Assembly (NCBI GenBank): GCA_963422205.2
Contig: CAXMWX010000001.1
Coordinates: forward strand, 32,001 to 96,000
From: Gammaproteobacteria bacterium
GTDB taxonomy: Bacteria; Pseudomonadota; Gammaproteobacteria; Eutrophobiales; Eutrophobiaceae
Length of the DNA stretch: 64,000 nucleotides
Direction of reading: 5' to 3'
The number at the start of each line of letters is the position of its first letter. Positions within the stretch are counted from its first letter, which is position 1. Below the pieces are notes generated by a model that had not been told where the DNA came from, searched no databases, and worked only from the letters and a program-made list of their open reading frames with translations. Below are positions 31,684 through 45,956 of the stretch, one piece after another. The translations under genes and the position numbers were made by a program.

Positions 31684-32916
31684 TCATGTGCCAATAATAA
31701 AGCTGACCGTGGTCGTGGCACTGCCACCGATGTTCAGGGTGGCAAAATTTTTTGCGCCTTCGATTTGATAATCACCGGCAGTGTTCGTGGTTTGTTTATA
31801 GCAGTCCAATGCCATTCTCACCCCGGTCGCGCCTACCGGATGGCCCAGCCCGATCAGGCCGCCGCTGGGGTTGATCGGCATATCGCCATCGGCATCGATT
31901 CGCCCGTCCTCAATCGCCTGCCAGCCCTCCCCCGGCGCGGTAATGCCGAAGTGATCGATCGCCATGTATTCGCTGATGGTAAAACAATCATGGGTTTCAA
32001 TGCCATCGATATCGGCAATGCCGGCCATGCCCGCACGCCCGAAGGCGTCCAGGATGGTGCCTCTGACATGGGGGAAGACATACGGCTGCCCCTGGCTGGC
32101 CTGGACCTTGTCCTGATAGGCGATTGATGCGGTGCGGTGTCCCCAGCCCTTGATCCTGGGGATGCTCGTCACCGGTACGCCCCGCCCTTTGGCATAGTGT
32201 TTTGCATACTCAGCCGAGGCGAGAAACACGACCGCACACCCATCGGTGATCTGCCCGCAGTCCTGCTTGCGAATGCGCCCATCGATCACCGGGTTGGCCG
32301 TATCGTGCTGACGGAAGCTGTCGGCATTAAATTGCCAGCGTCGCGTCTGTGCATTGGGGTTGCGCTTTGCATTGGCGAAATTGATTTGCGCGATGGCGGC
32401 CAGATGCTCATGTTTCAGGCCGTAGCGCTTATCGTACTCATCGCCCAGCTTGCCGAACAGGTGCGGCCAGGGGTATTTTACGTCAATACATTCATGGCCG
32501 CTCCACAGCGCCGGGCCGCCGATATACTGCACCGCTTGATCGCCCGGCACGTTACGCATCTGCTCAATGCCGATGACGGCGGCCAGGGCATAGCGACCGG
32601 CTTCAATATCGGCGCTGGCGGCCAGCAGAGCCAGGCTCCCCGAAGCACAGGCGCCCTCATGGCGGGCGGCGGGCAGCCCATCAAAGGCGGGGTGGCTGGC
32701 GGCAAAAAAACCGCCCAGATGCCCCTGGTTACAAAACAACTCGGCGGCGAAATTGCCGATGTGGGCAACCTGAATGTCCGCCGGGTCTATGCTGGCGCTG
32801 TCCAGCGCACAGGCCAGGGTTGCCTTGAAACAAGCAAAAATCTCCTGCCCCTCACGCGCCCAGTTGGCGGCAAAATCCGTTTGGTATCCGCCCAGGATAA
32901 AGGTCTCACCAGACAT
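31684..32916 (-). CDS. SCP2-type thiolase-like protein
   Basis: EGACASG, ITDG, ETHDCF, GHPVGATG. Confidence 0.88.
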   Translation of the reverse strand: MSGETFILGGYQTDFAANWAREGQEIFACFKATLACALDSASIDPADIQVAHIGNFAAELFCNQGHLGGFFAASHPAFDGLPAARHEGACASGSLALLAASADIEAGRYALAAVIGIEQMRNVPGDQAVQYIGGPALWSGHECIDVKYPWPHLFGKLGDEYDKRYGLKHEHLAAIAQINFANAKRNPNAQTRRWQFNADSFRQHDTANPVIDGRIRKQDCGQITDGCAVVFLASAEYAKHYAKGRGVPVTSIPRIKGWGHRTASIAYQDKVQASQGQPYVFPHVRGTILDAFGRAGMAGIADIDGIETHDCFTISEYMAIDHFGITAPGEGWQAIEDGRIDADGDMPINPSGGLIGLGHPVGATGVRMALDCYKQTTNTAGDYQIEGAKNFATLNIGGSATTTVSFIIGT

Positions 32917-33045
32917 GCCGGAATCCTCAAAAAATAACTTAAAAACAGCAGCTTATCGCCTTACTCGCCGCGCCGAAACAGTACCTGAAGCACCCTCCGG
33001 TTACACTTCACAGAGCAAAGCGACCAGCGCATTGATCGCCACGCC

Positions 33046-33106
33046 TTGACATAAGCTGTGCAAGGGTATTTACTTATCGCCTAGTTACTTGCATAAAAAG
33101 ACTAAC
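33046..33106 (+). promoter_or_regulatory. Sigma70-like promoter followed by shared operator copy 1
   Basis: TTGACA (33046), 17 bp, TTTACT; then GTTACTTGCATAAAAAGACTAAC at 33084-33106. Confidence 0.65.
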
Positions 33107-33211
33107 CAGGCAGTGGCATTCTCCACTGTCCCCAGGTGTGAGTCAATGGGCATGAGTCAATGGGTGCAAGTCAACAGCGTTGAACGTATAACTTCAGGAG
33201 GTAAGATAACC

Positions 33212-35482
33212 ATGCAGGCACACAAGCTAACCCTCGCCGCTCTTATCACCACGTGCATCCTCGGCGGGGCACCCGTCAGAGCAGATGACACCGGGGCCGA
33301 TGACCAGGCCGATGAAGCGGCTGTTTTTTTGATTGAGGAGATCACCGTCACGGCGCAAAAGCGCGAGCAATCTGTGCAGGAGGTGCCGATTGCCATCTCG
33401 GCCTACGATGCGCGTACCCTGGAGGCCATCAAGGCGGTCAGTATGGATGATATTGCCATCAGAGTGCCGAATTTTACCATGATGCAATTCAATATTGCCG
33501 AGCCGCGTTATTTCATTCGCGGCCTTGGCAGCAGCTCGGACTCGGCGGGCAGTGATCCCACCGTGGCGGTGTTTTTAGATGAGGTCTATATTGGGCGCGG
33601 TGGGGCATCGAATTTTGATTTTTTTGATCTGGAACGCATTGAAGTGTTGCGTGGCCCGCAGGGGACGCTGTTCGGTCGCAATACTTCCGGCGGCGCCTTG
33701 AGCGTGATCACCAAAAAGCCCAGCCTGGATAGCCGCCATGCGAAATGGCAGGTCGGTTACGGCAACAAGAACGCGGTGGAGGTACGTGCAGTCGGCAATC
33801 TTCCGGTGGCGCTGAATGCGGCTGTCAAGGGCGCAATTTCCTATCGCCGCCGCGATGGCTTCTCCAGGCATATCGAAACGGACGCCGAACTACAGGATGC
33901 GGAGAATATCAGCGGTCGGGCGCAGGCCTTGTTTGAGCCGACTGCTGACACCCGCCTGCTGCTCAGCGCTGACTATGCCCAGGATGACACCAAAGGCAAT
34001 GCCCGCGTGCCTTTTCCGGTGAGTAGCACTGGCAATGCCTTCGCCCCCGCCCTGTCAGCGGCGGTGAATGCGGTCTACCCGCCGGGCAGCAGCGTGCGGC
34101 GATCGTTCTCCAAGCCCGAGTCCTATCAAGACCGGAAGATCTATGGCCTGATGGCACGCCTTGAACATGAGGCCGCCTACGGGCTTTGGACGGCGATCAG
34201 CAGCTACCGCAAAACCCGCTACGGCTGGTTTGAAGACTTATCTACCGCCGCCGGTGCGGGTGGCTTGCTGAACGATGATATCACCGCCGAGAAATCCAGC
34301 CAGCTCAGCGCAGAAGTGCGCCTTGCATCGCTGACAGACAGCGAGGTTCAATGGGTGGCGGGTGCGTATTTTTTAAGCGAAGAGGTGGATCGCAGTGAGC
34401 GGTTTGTGCTTGATTTCCTGTCGCCGTTGTTGGCTTTCAAGGCGCTGCCCTCCCGCAACGGCCCGCCGCTGGATGCCGATGGCGATGTGACCTTCACCCA
34501 GGCGAGCGATAACGACAGCTATGCTGTCTTCGGCCAGCTGACCTGGCCATTGACGGCACAGCTTAGTGTGACTGGCGGCCTGCGCTTCACTCGAGATGAG
34601 AAGGAGATTCATCAGGTGGCGGTGGATAATGCCCAAGATGATCCCAACCCGGGCGTGCCACTGTTCCCTGGTCAGCCCTATGATCTGAATGGTGAGGACT
34701 CCTGGAATGCGCTCACGGGCCGGGCGGGGCTGGAGTACACCACCGCCGCCGGTCATCTGCTCTGGGCGGCGGTTAGCCGAGGTTACAAATCCGGCGTCTT
34801 CCCAAGCCAGAACAACGTATTGCAAAGCGTGAATACGGCATTGGCGCCGGAGAAGGTATGGAACTATGAGGTGGGACTTAAAAGCGACTGGCTGGATGGG
34901 CGCCTGCGCCTTAACGCCACCGGCTTCTACACCGATTATAAAGACCTGCAGCAATTTCTGCTGACGCCGACCTTGATCCTCGTCACCTTCAATGTGGATG
35001 CCCGGATTCTGGGGGCGGAGTTGGAGACCGTCATGGCACCGTTTGCCGGGGTGCAACTGGGCGCCACGGCCTCTTTTATCGACACGGAAATCAAAAACTA
35101 CATGCCCGTTCCCAATCGGCCGATCAGCGGCCTGGCATCGGGCAATGAACTGGCACAGGCGCCCAGGACCTCATTTAACCTGTTCGGCAGCTATGAGACA
35201 CCGCTTGCCAATGGCCTGGCGTCCATGCGGCTGAATTATTCCTGGCGCGATGACTTTTTCAATTCGGTGACCAATCGGGCGGTCAACCTTATCCCCGGCT
35301 ACGGCCTGCTGGATGCTCGCCTTGCCTACCGCTGGGACAACGGCATGGAAATCGCCTTGTGGGGGAAGAACCTGACCGATGCAGAATACCAAAGCCATAC
35401 CATCGGGTTTCTGGGCAGTGGCTTCTCACTCTTTGGCCCGCCCCGAACCTTCGGCGTGACCTTCACGGCGACCTATGATTGA
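33212..35482 (+). CDS. TonB-dependent receptor
   Basis: AGGAGG RBS before ATG 33212, signal peptide, TonB box IEEITVTAQKRE, ERIEVLRGPQGTLFGRN, C-terminal PRTFGVTFTATYD. Confidence 0.95.
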   Translation: MQAHKLTLAALITTCILGGAPVRADDTGADDQADEAAVFLIEEITVTAQKREQSVQEVPIAISAYDARTLEAIKAVSMDDIAIRVPNFTMMQFNIAEPRYFIRGLGSSSDSAGSDPTVAVFLDEVYIGRGGASNFDFFDLERIEVLRGPQGTLFGRNTSGGALSVITKKPSLDSRHAKWQVGYGNKNAVEVRAVGNLPVALNAAVKGAISYRRRDGFSRHIETDAELQDAENISGRAQALFEPTADTRLLLSADYAQDDTKGNARVPFPVSSTGNAFAPALSAAVNAVYPPGSSVRRSFSKPESYQDRKIYGLMARLEHEAAYGLWTAISSYRKTRYGWFEDLSTAAGAGGLLNDDITAEKSSQLSAEVRLASLTDSEVQWVAGAYFLSEEVDRSERFVLDFLSPLLAFKALPSRNGPPLDADGDVTFTQASDNDSYAVFGQLTWPLTAQLSVTGGLRFTRDEKEIHQVAVDNAQDDPNPGVPLFPGQPYDLNGEDSWNALTGRAGLEYTTAAGHLLWAAVSRGYKSGVFPSQNNVLQSVNTALAPEKVWNYEVGLKSDWLDGRLRLNATGFYTDYKDLQQFLLTPTLILVTFNVDARILGAELETVMAPFAGVQLGATASFIDTEIKNYMPVPNRPISGLASGNELAQAPRTSFNLFGSYETPLANGLASMRLNYSWRDDFFNSVTNRAVNLIPGYGLLDARLAYRWDNGMEIALWGKNLTDAEYQSHTIGFLGSGFSLFGPPRTFGVTFTATYD

Positions 35483-35538
35483 GTTTGGGGCGCAGCATTG
35501 CCTGTCACATCCTGCCACAGTCCGCCGTTGGTCAAGCG

Positions 35539-36561
35539 ATGACTGAGGCTATCCCATGCCAGGGGAAGCGGCTGGGTACTCGGCTCAGCCTGCCGCTGAT
35601 CGTAGCGCCCATGTTTTTGGTGTCCGGGCCACAGTTGGTGATCGCCGCCTGTCGTTGCGGCGTCATCGGCAGCTTCCCGGCAACCAATGCGCGCTCGCTG
35701 GCTATCTATGGCGACTGGCTGGAGCAGATCACGCAAGCATTGCAAACAGCATCGCCGCTGGCACCGGCCGAGGCGCTCGCGCCCTGGGCGGCCAATCTGA
35801 TCGTACACAGCTCCTATCGGCGCTTGGCGGCCGAGCTGGCGTTGGTCAGGCGCTATCAGCCGCCCATCGTGATCACCGCCCTGGGCAGCCCGGCGGCGGT
35901 CATCGATAGTGTGCATGCCTACGGCGGCCTGGTGCTTGCCGATGTCAACACTGTGGCGTTTGCCCGCAAGGCGGCTGCGGCCGGGGTGGATGGTCTGGTG
36001 CTGGTGTGCAATGGTGCGGGGGGGCATACGGGCGAGTTATCGGCGTTCGTGTTCGTCTCACAGGTGAGGGAGTTTTTTGATGGCATCATCGTGCTTGCCG
36101 GCGGGATCAGCGATGGCCGGGCTATCCGGGCGGCAGAAGTCCTGGGTGCAGATCTCGCCTACATGGGCACCTCGTTTATCGCCACAGATGAGAGCCTGGC
36201 GAGCGAGGATTATAAAAAGATGGTCGTTGAGGCCGGGCCGGCGGATCTGATGTTATCGTCTGCCTTTACCGGTGCTAATGCGTATTATCTGCGGCAGAGT
36301 ATCGTGCGTACCGGGCTGGCGCCGGATAAATTGCCCACCAGGGATGGGCCCGCCAAGGATGGGATGGATCTGTCCCATGCCGAACAACAGATCAAGGCCT
36401 GGCGGGATATCTGGTCAGCCGGACAGGGAGTGGGCACGGTGGATGGCGTCAGCACAACGGCTGAACTGGTGGCTAAATTCAAGCGGCAGTACGCTGCCGC
36501 CGTGAGTCTGGATAGCAAAGCGATGGATGGGCCCGGTGCTGCCTGCCAGCACTTGAGATGA
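35539..36561 (+). CDS. Nitronate monooxygenase/FabK-like flavoprotein
   Basis: APMFLVS, GAGGHTG, LAGGISDG, YMGTSFIAT, WSAGQG. Confidence 0.88.
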   Translation: MTEAIPCQGKRLGTRLSLPLIVAPMFLVSGPQLVIAACRCGVIGSFPATNARSLAIYGDWLEQITQALQTASPLAPAEALAPWAANLIVHSSYRRLAAELALVRRYQPPIVITALGSPAAVIDSVHAYGGLVLADVNTVAFARKAAAAGVDGLVLVCNGAGGHTGELSAFVFVSQVREFFDGIIVLAGGISDGRAIRAAEVLGADLAYMGTSFIATDESLASEDYKKMVVEAGPADLMLSSAFTGANAYYLRQSIVRTGLAPDKLPTRDGPAKDGMDLSHAEQQIKAWRDIWSAGQGVGTVDGVSTTAELVAKFKRQYAAAVSLDSKAMDGPGAACQHLR

Positions 36562-36661
36562 GCGCTGCGGCAAGCTGCCTGCCATGCCCGTCTGCTCATG
36601 CCTGTGCTGGTGCGATGATGCTGACCGGGCATCTGCTTTGATGAATATACGTACATAAAAG

Positions 36662-38194
36662 GTGGCTGGTATGACGATGAACCCCGAATCGCTGGCGTTG
36701 ACAGCGCGCAGCATCAGAACGACCGATAAAGACGGGCGCCTGCCTCCAGATGCGCCGGACTGGATTTACGGGATTGATAATCCTTACCTGCATGGTTTTT
36801 ATGCGCCTGTAACCAGAGAAGTGCAGGCCAGCGAATTTGCGATCAGCGGGGAGATCCCCTCAGACCTGCATGGTGCTTATGTCAGGAACAGCCCCAACCC
36901 GATGTTCAAGCCGATCACCCCTTATCACCCCTTTGATGGCGATGGCATGTTGAGCGCTGTCGTGTTTCGTGATGGTCAGGTGCTGTCCTATGCCAACCGC
37001 TGGATAGAGACTGCTTCTCTCAAACAGGAAAGGGCAGAGGGCAGGGCCATCTGGCCTGGTGTGATGGGGCCGTATGATTTCTCCCTGCCGTATTTTCCGA
37101 TCAAGGACACGGCCAATACCGATGTGGTCTTGTTCAACAAAGAATTGCTGGCGCTGTGGTATATGAGCGGCGTGCCGTATGCGATTGACCCGGTGACCCT
37201 GCAAACCAAAGGCGCACAGACGTTTAACGGCATGCTGGATCGCAGCATATCAGCGCATTGCCGGGTAGATTTGCACAGCGGCGAGATGCTGTTTTTTCAC
37301 TACGGCGATGAGCCGCCTTATATGGTGTACTATGTGGCCAGTACCGAGGGCAAGATCACCAACCAAGTGGCGGTGGATCTGCCCGGCCCGCGCTCCCCGC
37401 ATGAGATCGGCATCACGCAGCATTACTCCATCCTGCATGACTTTCCCTTCTTTCACGATACGGCTATTTTGCGCCGCCACAACAAGCGGGTGGTGGCTTT
37501 TCATTCGGATATGCCCGCCCGCTTCGGCATCATTCCCCGGCATGGCGGGGCGGATGAGATCACCTGGTTTGCGTGTACGCCTTGTTACATGCTGCACAGC
37601 GTCAATGCCTGGGAGGAGGGCGAGTGGATCATCATGGATGGGTGTCGTTCAACCAATCCCATGCCCAGGCCCAACCGGGACAACGGCGAGTTATCGCACA
37701 TGCTGGCGTACATGGTGGTGGAGGCGAGCCTGTATCGCTGGCGTTTTAACTTGAGAACCGGGGAAGTCAGGGAAGAACCGATCTGTGATCTGAATACCGA
37801 GTTCCCCAAGATCAACCCGCTGTATGTGGGTCGTAAATCAAAATACACCTACATACAGCGCATCCCCAGGGCCGATGAGGGCGGCAAGACCTTGGCCTTC
37901 ACTGCCTTGATGAAGTATAACTGTGATAAGGGTACATATCAGAAATGGGAGTATGGCGAGGGCGTGTACGGCAGCGAGGCGGTCTTTGCCCCACGCAAGG
38001 GCGCCCGCTTGGACGATGCCGAGGACGATGGCTATGTGATCACATTCACCACCGATGCCAACACCTGGCAGTCCGCGTGCTTGATCTTCGATGCCAGGGA
38101 TATCTCGCCCGGACCGATCGCCCGCATCGCCCTGCCGCAGCGTTCAGGATTCGGCTTTCACGCCAACTGGTTGCGCGGCGAGGAGTTGTTTTAA
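36662..38194 (+). CDS. Carotenoid cleavage oxygenase/lignostilbene dioxygenase family (RPE65)
   Basis: RNSPNP, HPFDGDGM, NT motif, four Fe-ligand His (SAH, SPH, MLH, GFH), EFPKIN, EAVFAP. Confidence 0.92.
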   Translation: MAGMTMNPESLALTARSIRTTDKDGRLPPDAPDWIYGIDNPYLHGFYAPVTREVQASEFAISGEIPSDLHGAYVRNSPNPMFKPITPYHPFDGDGMLSAVVFRDGQVLSYANRWIETASLKQERAEGRAIWPGVMGPYDFSLPYFPIKDTANTDVVLFNKELLALWYMSGVPYAIDPVTLQTKGAQTFNGMLDRSISAHCRVDLHSGEMLFFHYGDEPPYMVYYVASTEGKITNQVAVDLPGPRSPHEIGITQHYSILHDFPFFHDTAILRRHNKRVVAFHSDMPARFGIIPRHGGADEITWFACTPCYMLHSVNAWEEGEWIIMDGCRSTNPMPRPNRDNGELSHMLAYMVVEASLYRWRFNLRTGEVREEPICDLNTEFPKINPLYVGRKSKYTYIQRIPRADEGGKTLAFTALMKYNCDKGTYQKWEYGEGVYGSEAVFAPRKGARLDDAEDDGYVITFTTDANTWQSACLIFDARDISPGPIARIALPQRSGFGFHANWLRGEELF

Positions 38195-38283
38195 CCCGCA
38201 GCACCGCCGGGATGTTGCACTTCTTATCGCCTAGCCTGTGCGGCGGCCAGATGCCCCCAGATGCCTATGCTGGGCGATACGTT

Positions 38284-38778
38284 CTACCCCTCGCTATCTG
38301 CCCGATGCACTGCATCGATGAGCGCAACAGCGTGTACGGCGATCCCTTCCCGTCGGCCAATATAGCCCATGGTCTCGTTCGTGGTCGCCTTGAGGTTGAC
38401 GGCATCTGGCGGCACGTCCATGTCCGCCGCCAGGTTATCCTGCATGGCGGCCAGGTGCGGTGCCAGTTTGGGCGCCTGAGCGATGATCGTGATATCGGCA
38501 TTGATGATTCGGTAGTTATCCCGTTGCAGGCGGGCGATGATATCACGCAGCAGGATACGGCTGTCTATGTTCGCCAGCGTATCGTCCGTGTCCGGGTACC
38601 AGCGGCCAATATCGCCGAGGCCCGCTGCCCCCAGCACGGCATCACACAGCGCATGGATGACCACATCGCCATCGGAATGGGCCAGCATGCCGCGATCGTA
38701 TGGTACGGTAACGCCGCCGAGGATCAACGGCGCATCCTGACAAAACTGATGCGTATCATAGCCATGTCCTATACGCAT
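38284..38778 (-). CDS. ispF: 2-C-methyl-D-erythritol 2,4-cyclodiphosphate synthase
   Basis: RIGHGYDTH, HSDGDV, GDIG, KATTNE. Confidence 0.96.
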   Translation of the reverse strand: MRIGHGYDTHQFCQDAPLILGGVTVPYDRGMLAHSDGDVVIHALCDAVLGAAGLGDIGRWYPDTDDTLANIDSRILLRDIIARLQRDNYRIINADITIIAQAPKLAPHLAAMQDNLAADMDVPPDAVNLKATTNETMGYIGRREGIAVHAVALIDAVHRADSEG

Positions 38779-39482
38779 GGGCTGCTGTCCTTCCCGCGCA
38801 GATAAAATGCGGCCAACGCCACATCCTCTGCATGAGTCACCTTGATGTTATGCCTGCCACAGGCGATCAGCTTCGGCCTCATGCCCAGCCGCTCCATGGC
38901 CTGCATCTCATCGGTAACGATGACGTTATCATCCATCGCCTGTTGCAGGGCGGCCTTTAAGCGGCCTAAGCGAAACATCTGTGGCGTCATGGCATGCCAT
39001 AGCTGTTCCCGTGCTACCGTCTCGATCACCTCACGTTCGGCATTGGTGCGTTTCATGGTATCTGTGACCGGCACACCCAGGGCACCGCCCACCGGGTGTC
39101 CTGTCAGGGTGTCAATCAGCCGGTCGATATCGGCCGGTGTGATGCACGGCCTGGCGGCATCATGCACCAGCACCCAGTCGTCCTTATCGGCCTGTCTCTC
39201 CAACGCCAGCAGCCCATTGAGCACGGAATGACAGCGCTGCTGCCCGCCATCGGCACGGCTGATCTTCTCATGGCCGGCCAGCGCCAGGTGCGGCCAATAC
39301 GCATCAGCCGCAGCAGTGACCACAACGATGCCACATATCGCCTCATGTTCGCAGAACGGCCGCAGCGCATGTTCGATGATGGTCTTATCGTTAATGGTCA
39401 AATACGGCTTGGGTCGGTCGGCATCCATGCGGCTGCCCGTCCCGGCGGCGGGGATCAGCGCCCAGCAGACCGCCTCACTCAT
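38769..39482 (-). CDS. ispD: 2-C-methyl-D-erythritol 4-phosphate cytidylyltransferase
   Basis: PAAGTGSRM, LVHDAARP, TPQMF, NIKVT; start moved to 39482, overlapping the ftsB stop. Confidence 0.95.
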   Translation of the reverse strand: MSEAVCWALIPAAGTGSRMDADRPKPYLTINDKTIIEHALRPFCEHEAICGIVVVTAAADAYWPHLALAGHEKISRADGGQQRCHSVLNGLLALERQADKDDWVLVHDAARPCITPADIDRLIDTLTGHPVGGALGVPVTDTMKRTNAEREVIETVAREQLWHAMTPQMFRLGRLKAALQQAMDDNVIVTDEMQAMERLGMRPKLIACGRHNIKVTHAEDVALAAFYLRGKDSSPCV

Positions 39483-39774
39483 GGCTGGCATCGGTGGCCT
39501 GATCCTCCTCAATCACCCGGTAGAACACTTCGCCCTGGCGGATCAGCCCCAGCTCACTTCTGGCCCGTTCTTCGATGGCAGCAAACCCGTGTTTTAAGTC
39601 CATCACCTCGGCGGCAAGTGCCTGATTTCTCCTCAGCAGACGATGATTTTCCTGCCGTTGTGCCTGTTTTATCTGCTCTAAGTGGCGTACATCCTGAATG
39701 CCACCGACGCTGAACCACAGGCGAAATTGCAGTAATGCCAGGATGATGAGCAGGATCATGTTACAGATTTTCAT
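39475..39774 (-). CDS. ftsB: Cell division protein FtsB
   Basis: LQFRLWF, RNQALAAEV.DLK, IEERARSELG; between eno and ispD. Confidence 0.93.
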   Translation of the reverse strand: MKICNMILLIILALLQFRLWFSVGGIQDVRHLEQIKQAQRQENHRLLRRNQALAAEVMDLKHGFAAIEERARSELGLIRQGEVFYRVIEEDQATDASHE

Positions 39775-39780
39775 CGGGGT

Positions 39781-41085
<1,305 letters not shown>

Positions 41086-41089
41086 TCAC

Positions 41090-43553
<2,464 letters not shown>

Positions 43554-44136
43554 TCATTCCCGGCGTTGTCATGCTCGATGTGGGGCGATTCAGCGGCCAG
43601 GCCAAGTACCGGAAGGCGGCTGGATGGCGAAGAACCGTTATCGGTTGGGGAAGCGGGTGTAAATTGGCACATGAGACGGGCGTGTATGCTAACAGAATAT
43701 CACCGGCTTGTCTTGGCCTTGGCCTGTCCCTTCGCCGGTCGGGGGGTCGAAGGGCGATCCTCATCAGGCTGCATCGCCGCAAAATGAAACAGCCGGGTGG
43801 CATCCGCGCTGGCAGGGGGTATAAGATATGATTGCCCACAGGCTGGCATGGTCGCGTTTCTCTGTAGGGCATGGTGTGCAGACTGTAAGCGGATGCACTA
43901 TCCGGCCGGGCGCATCGGATGATCCGGCGTGTGAACAAGGCATGCGGTGGTTGACAGGCCGGTGATTTATGGACTTGAGCGGGGCTTTTCACAATAATAA
44001 GGCCACAGGCGCATTGCCCGGCGGGCTGTTGCAACGGCGTGGCCAGCGTAGCCATGAGCCGCAGCATGATGCAACGGGCAGAATGCTGGCAGGGCAGTGA
44101 ATGTTCTGTCATCACGTAACTAACGGGGATATATCC

Positions 44137-45810
44137 ATGTCTGATATTGAAATAGCGCAACGAGCAAAAAAACAGCCGATCATTGAACTTGCCAGGCAAC
44201 ACTATGGTATTGCCAGTGAGCATCTGGCGCCTTACGGTCATTACAAAGCCAAATTGTCGCTGGAGTATATCGACAGCCTGAAAGACAGGCCGGATGGCAA
44301 GTTGATACTCACCACGGCCATCAGCCCCACGCCAGCGGGTGAGGGCAAGACCACGACCACGGTGGGCCTGGGCGATGCCATGAATCGCATAGGCAAGCAG
44401 ACCATCATCTGCCTGCGCGAGCCATCCTTAGGGCCGTGTTTCGGTGTGAAGGGCGGTGCCGCCGGCGGTGGTTATGCCCAGGTGGTGCCGATGGAGGATA
44501 TTAATCTGCATTTCACCGGCGACTTCCACGCCATCGGGGCGGCGCATAATCTGCTGGCGGCCATGCTGGACAACCACATCCATCAGGGCAACCGCCTGAA
44601 CATCGATCCTCGCCTGATCGCCTGGAAGCGGGTGGTCGATATGAACGATCGGGCATTGCGTAAGACCATCATCGCCCTGGGCGGTGCGGCCAACGGCTTC
44701 CCGCGTGAAGATGGCTACGATATCACGGTGGCCTCGGAAGTGATGGCGATTTTCTGCCTGGCAACTTCGCTGGCTGATATGAAGGCCCGGCTGGGCAATA
44801 TCGTTGTCGGCTATACACAGGGTGACAAAAAGCCGGTGCTGGCATCTGATCTGAAGGCCCACGGGGCGATGGCCGCTTTGCTCAAAGACGCCATCAAGCC
44901 GAATCTGGTGCAGACCTTAGAGAGAAATCTGGCCTTTGTTCACGGCGGTCCGTTTGCCAATATTGCCCACGGTTGCAACAGCGTGAATGCGACACAGACG
45001 GCGTTAAAACTGGCCGATTATGTGATCACGGAAGCGGGTTTTGGGGCGGATCTCGGGGCCGAGAAATTCATCGATATCAAATGCCGCATGGCCGGGCTGC
45101 AACCGGCCGCCGTGGTGCTGGTCGCCACCATTCGTGCCATGAAGTATCACGGGGGTATCAGCAGGGAGGCGCTAAACAACGAAGACCTGAAGGCGCTGGA
45201 TAGGGGGCTGGTCAATCTGGAGCGGCATTTTAATAACATCCGGCAACACTACGCGCTGCCGTGTATCGTTTGCATCAATCACTTCACGCAAGACACCGAG
45301 GCGGAAGTGGCGCTGTTAAAACAGCGGGTGGAATCCCTAGGGGGGACGGCGGTTATCGCCAGACACTGGGCCGAGGGCGGGGCGGGTGCTGAGGGGCTGG
45401 CCCGTGTGGTTGCTGATGTGGTGGATAATCAGCCGGGCACACACCAGTACGTTTATCCGCAAACGGCCAGCTTGTGGGAGAAAATAGCCGCGGTGGCGAG
45501 CAAGATCTACGGTGCTGGCGGGATCACGGCCAGCCGCAAGGTGAGGGCCGAGATTGATAAACTCAATGCAGAATACGGCGACTATCCGGTGTGCCTGGCC
45601 AAAACGCAGATGTCTTTCAGCACCGACCCCGGGTTACGTGGCGCACCGGATGGGCATACCGTGGAGATCAGTGCGGTTCGCCCGGCCTGTGGGGCGGGGT
45701 TTATTGTTGCCATTGCCGGGAATATGATGACCATGCCGGGGCTGCCAAAAGTACCGGCAGCAGAGCAGATCGATGTGGATGATAACGGCCATATCAGCGG
45801 CTTGTTCTAA
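44137..45810 (+). CDS. fhs: Formate--tetrahydrofolate ligase
   Basis: [44 protein letters not shown]. Confidence 0.97.
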   Translation: MSDIEIAQRAKKQPIIELARQHYGIASEHLAPYGHYKAKLSLEYIDSLKDRPDGKLILTTAISPTPAGEGKTTTTVGLGDAMNRIGKQTIICLREPSLGPCFGVKGGAAGGGYAQVVPMEDINLHFTGDFHAIGAAHNLLAAMLDNHIHQGNRLNIDPRLIAWKRVVDMNDRALRKTIIALGGAANGFPREDGYDITVASEVMAIFCLATSLADMKARLGNIVVGYTQGDKKPVLASDLKAHGAMAALLKDAIKPNLVQTLERNLAFVHGGPFANIAHGCNSVNATQTALKLADYVITEAGFGADLGAEKFIDIKCRMAGLQPAAVVLVATIRAMKYHGGISREALNNEDLKALDRGLVNLERHFNNIRQHYALPCIVCINHFTQDTEAEVALLKQRVESLGGTAVIARHWAEGGAGAEGLARVVADVVDNQPGTHQYVYPQTASLWEKIAAVASKIYGAGGITASRKVRAEIDKLNAEYGDYPVCLAKTQMSFSTDPGLRGAPDGHTVEISAVRPACGAGFIVAIAGNMMTMPGLPKVPAAEQIDVDDNGHISGLF

Positions 45811-45956
45811 TTGATTGGCTCTGGCTGACTTGTTCTGGTCGGCTTGTTCTAGTCTATACTCGCTCTGGGTCGGCCATCGCCAGGCCAGCATGCGGGGCCG
45901 GGTGAGGCTGTTGGTCAATCTCTTCGTTATCCGATCTCTCTGCTATCTGATTTGGG

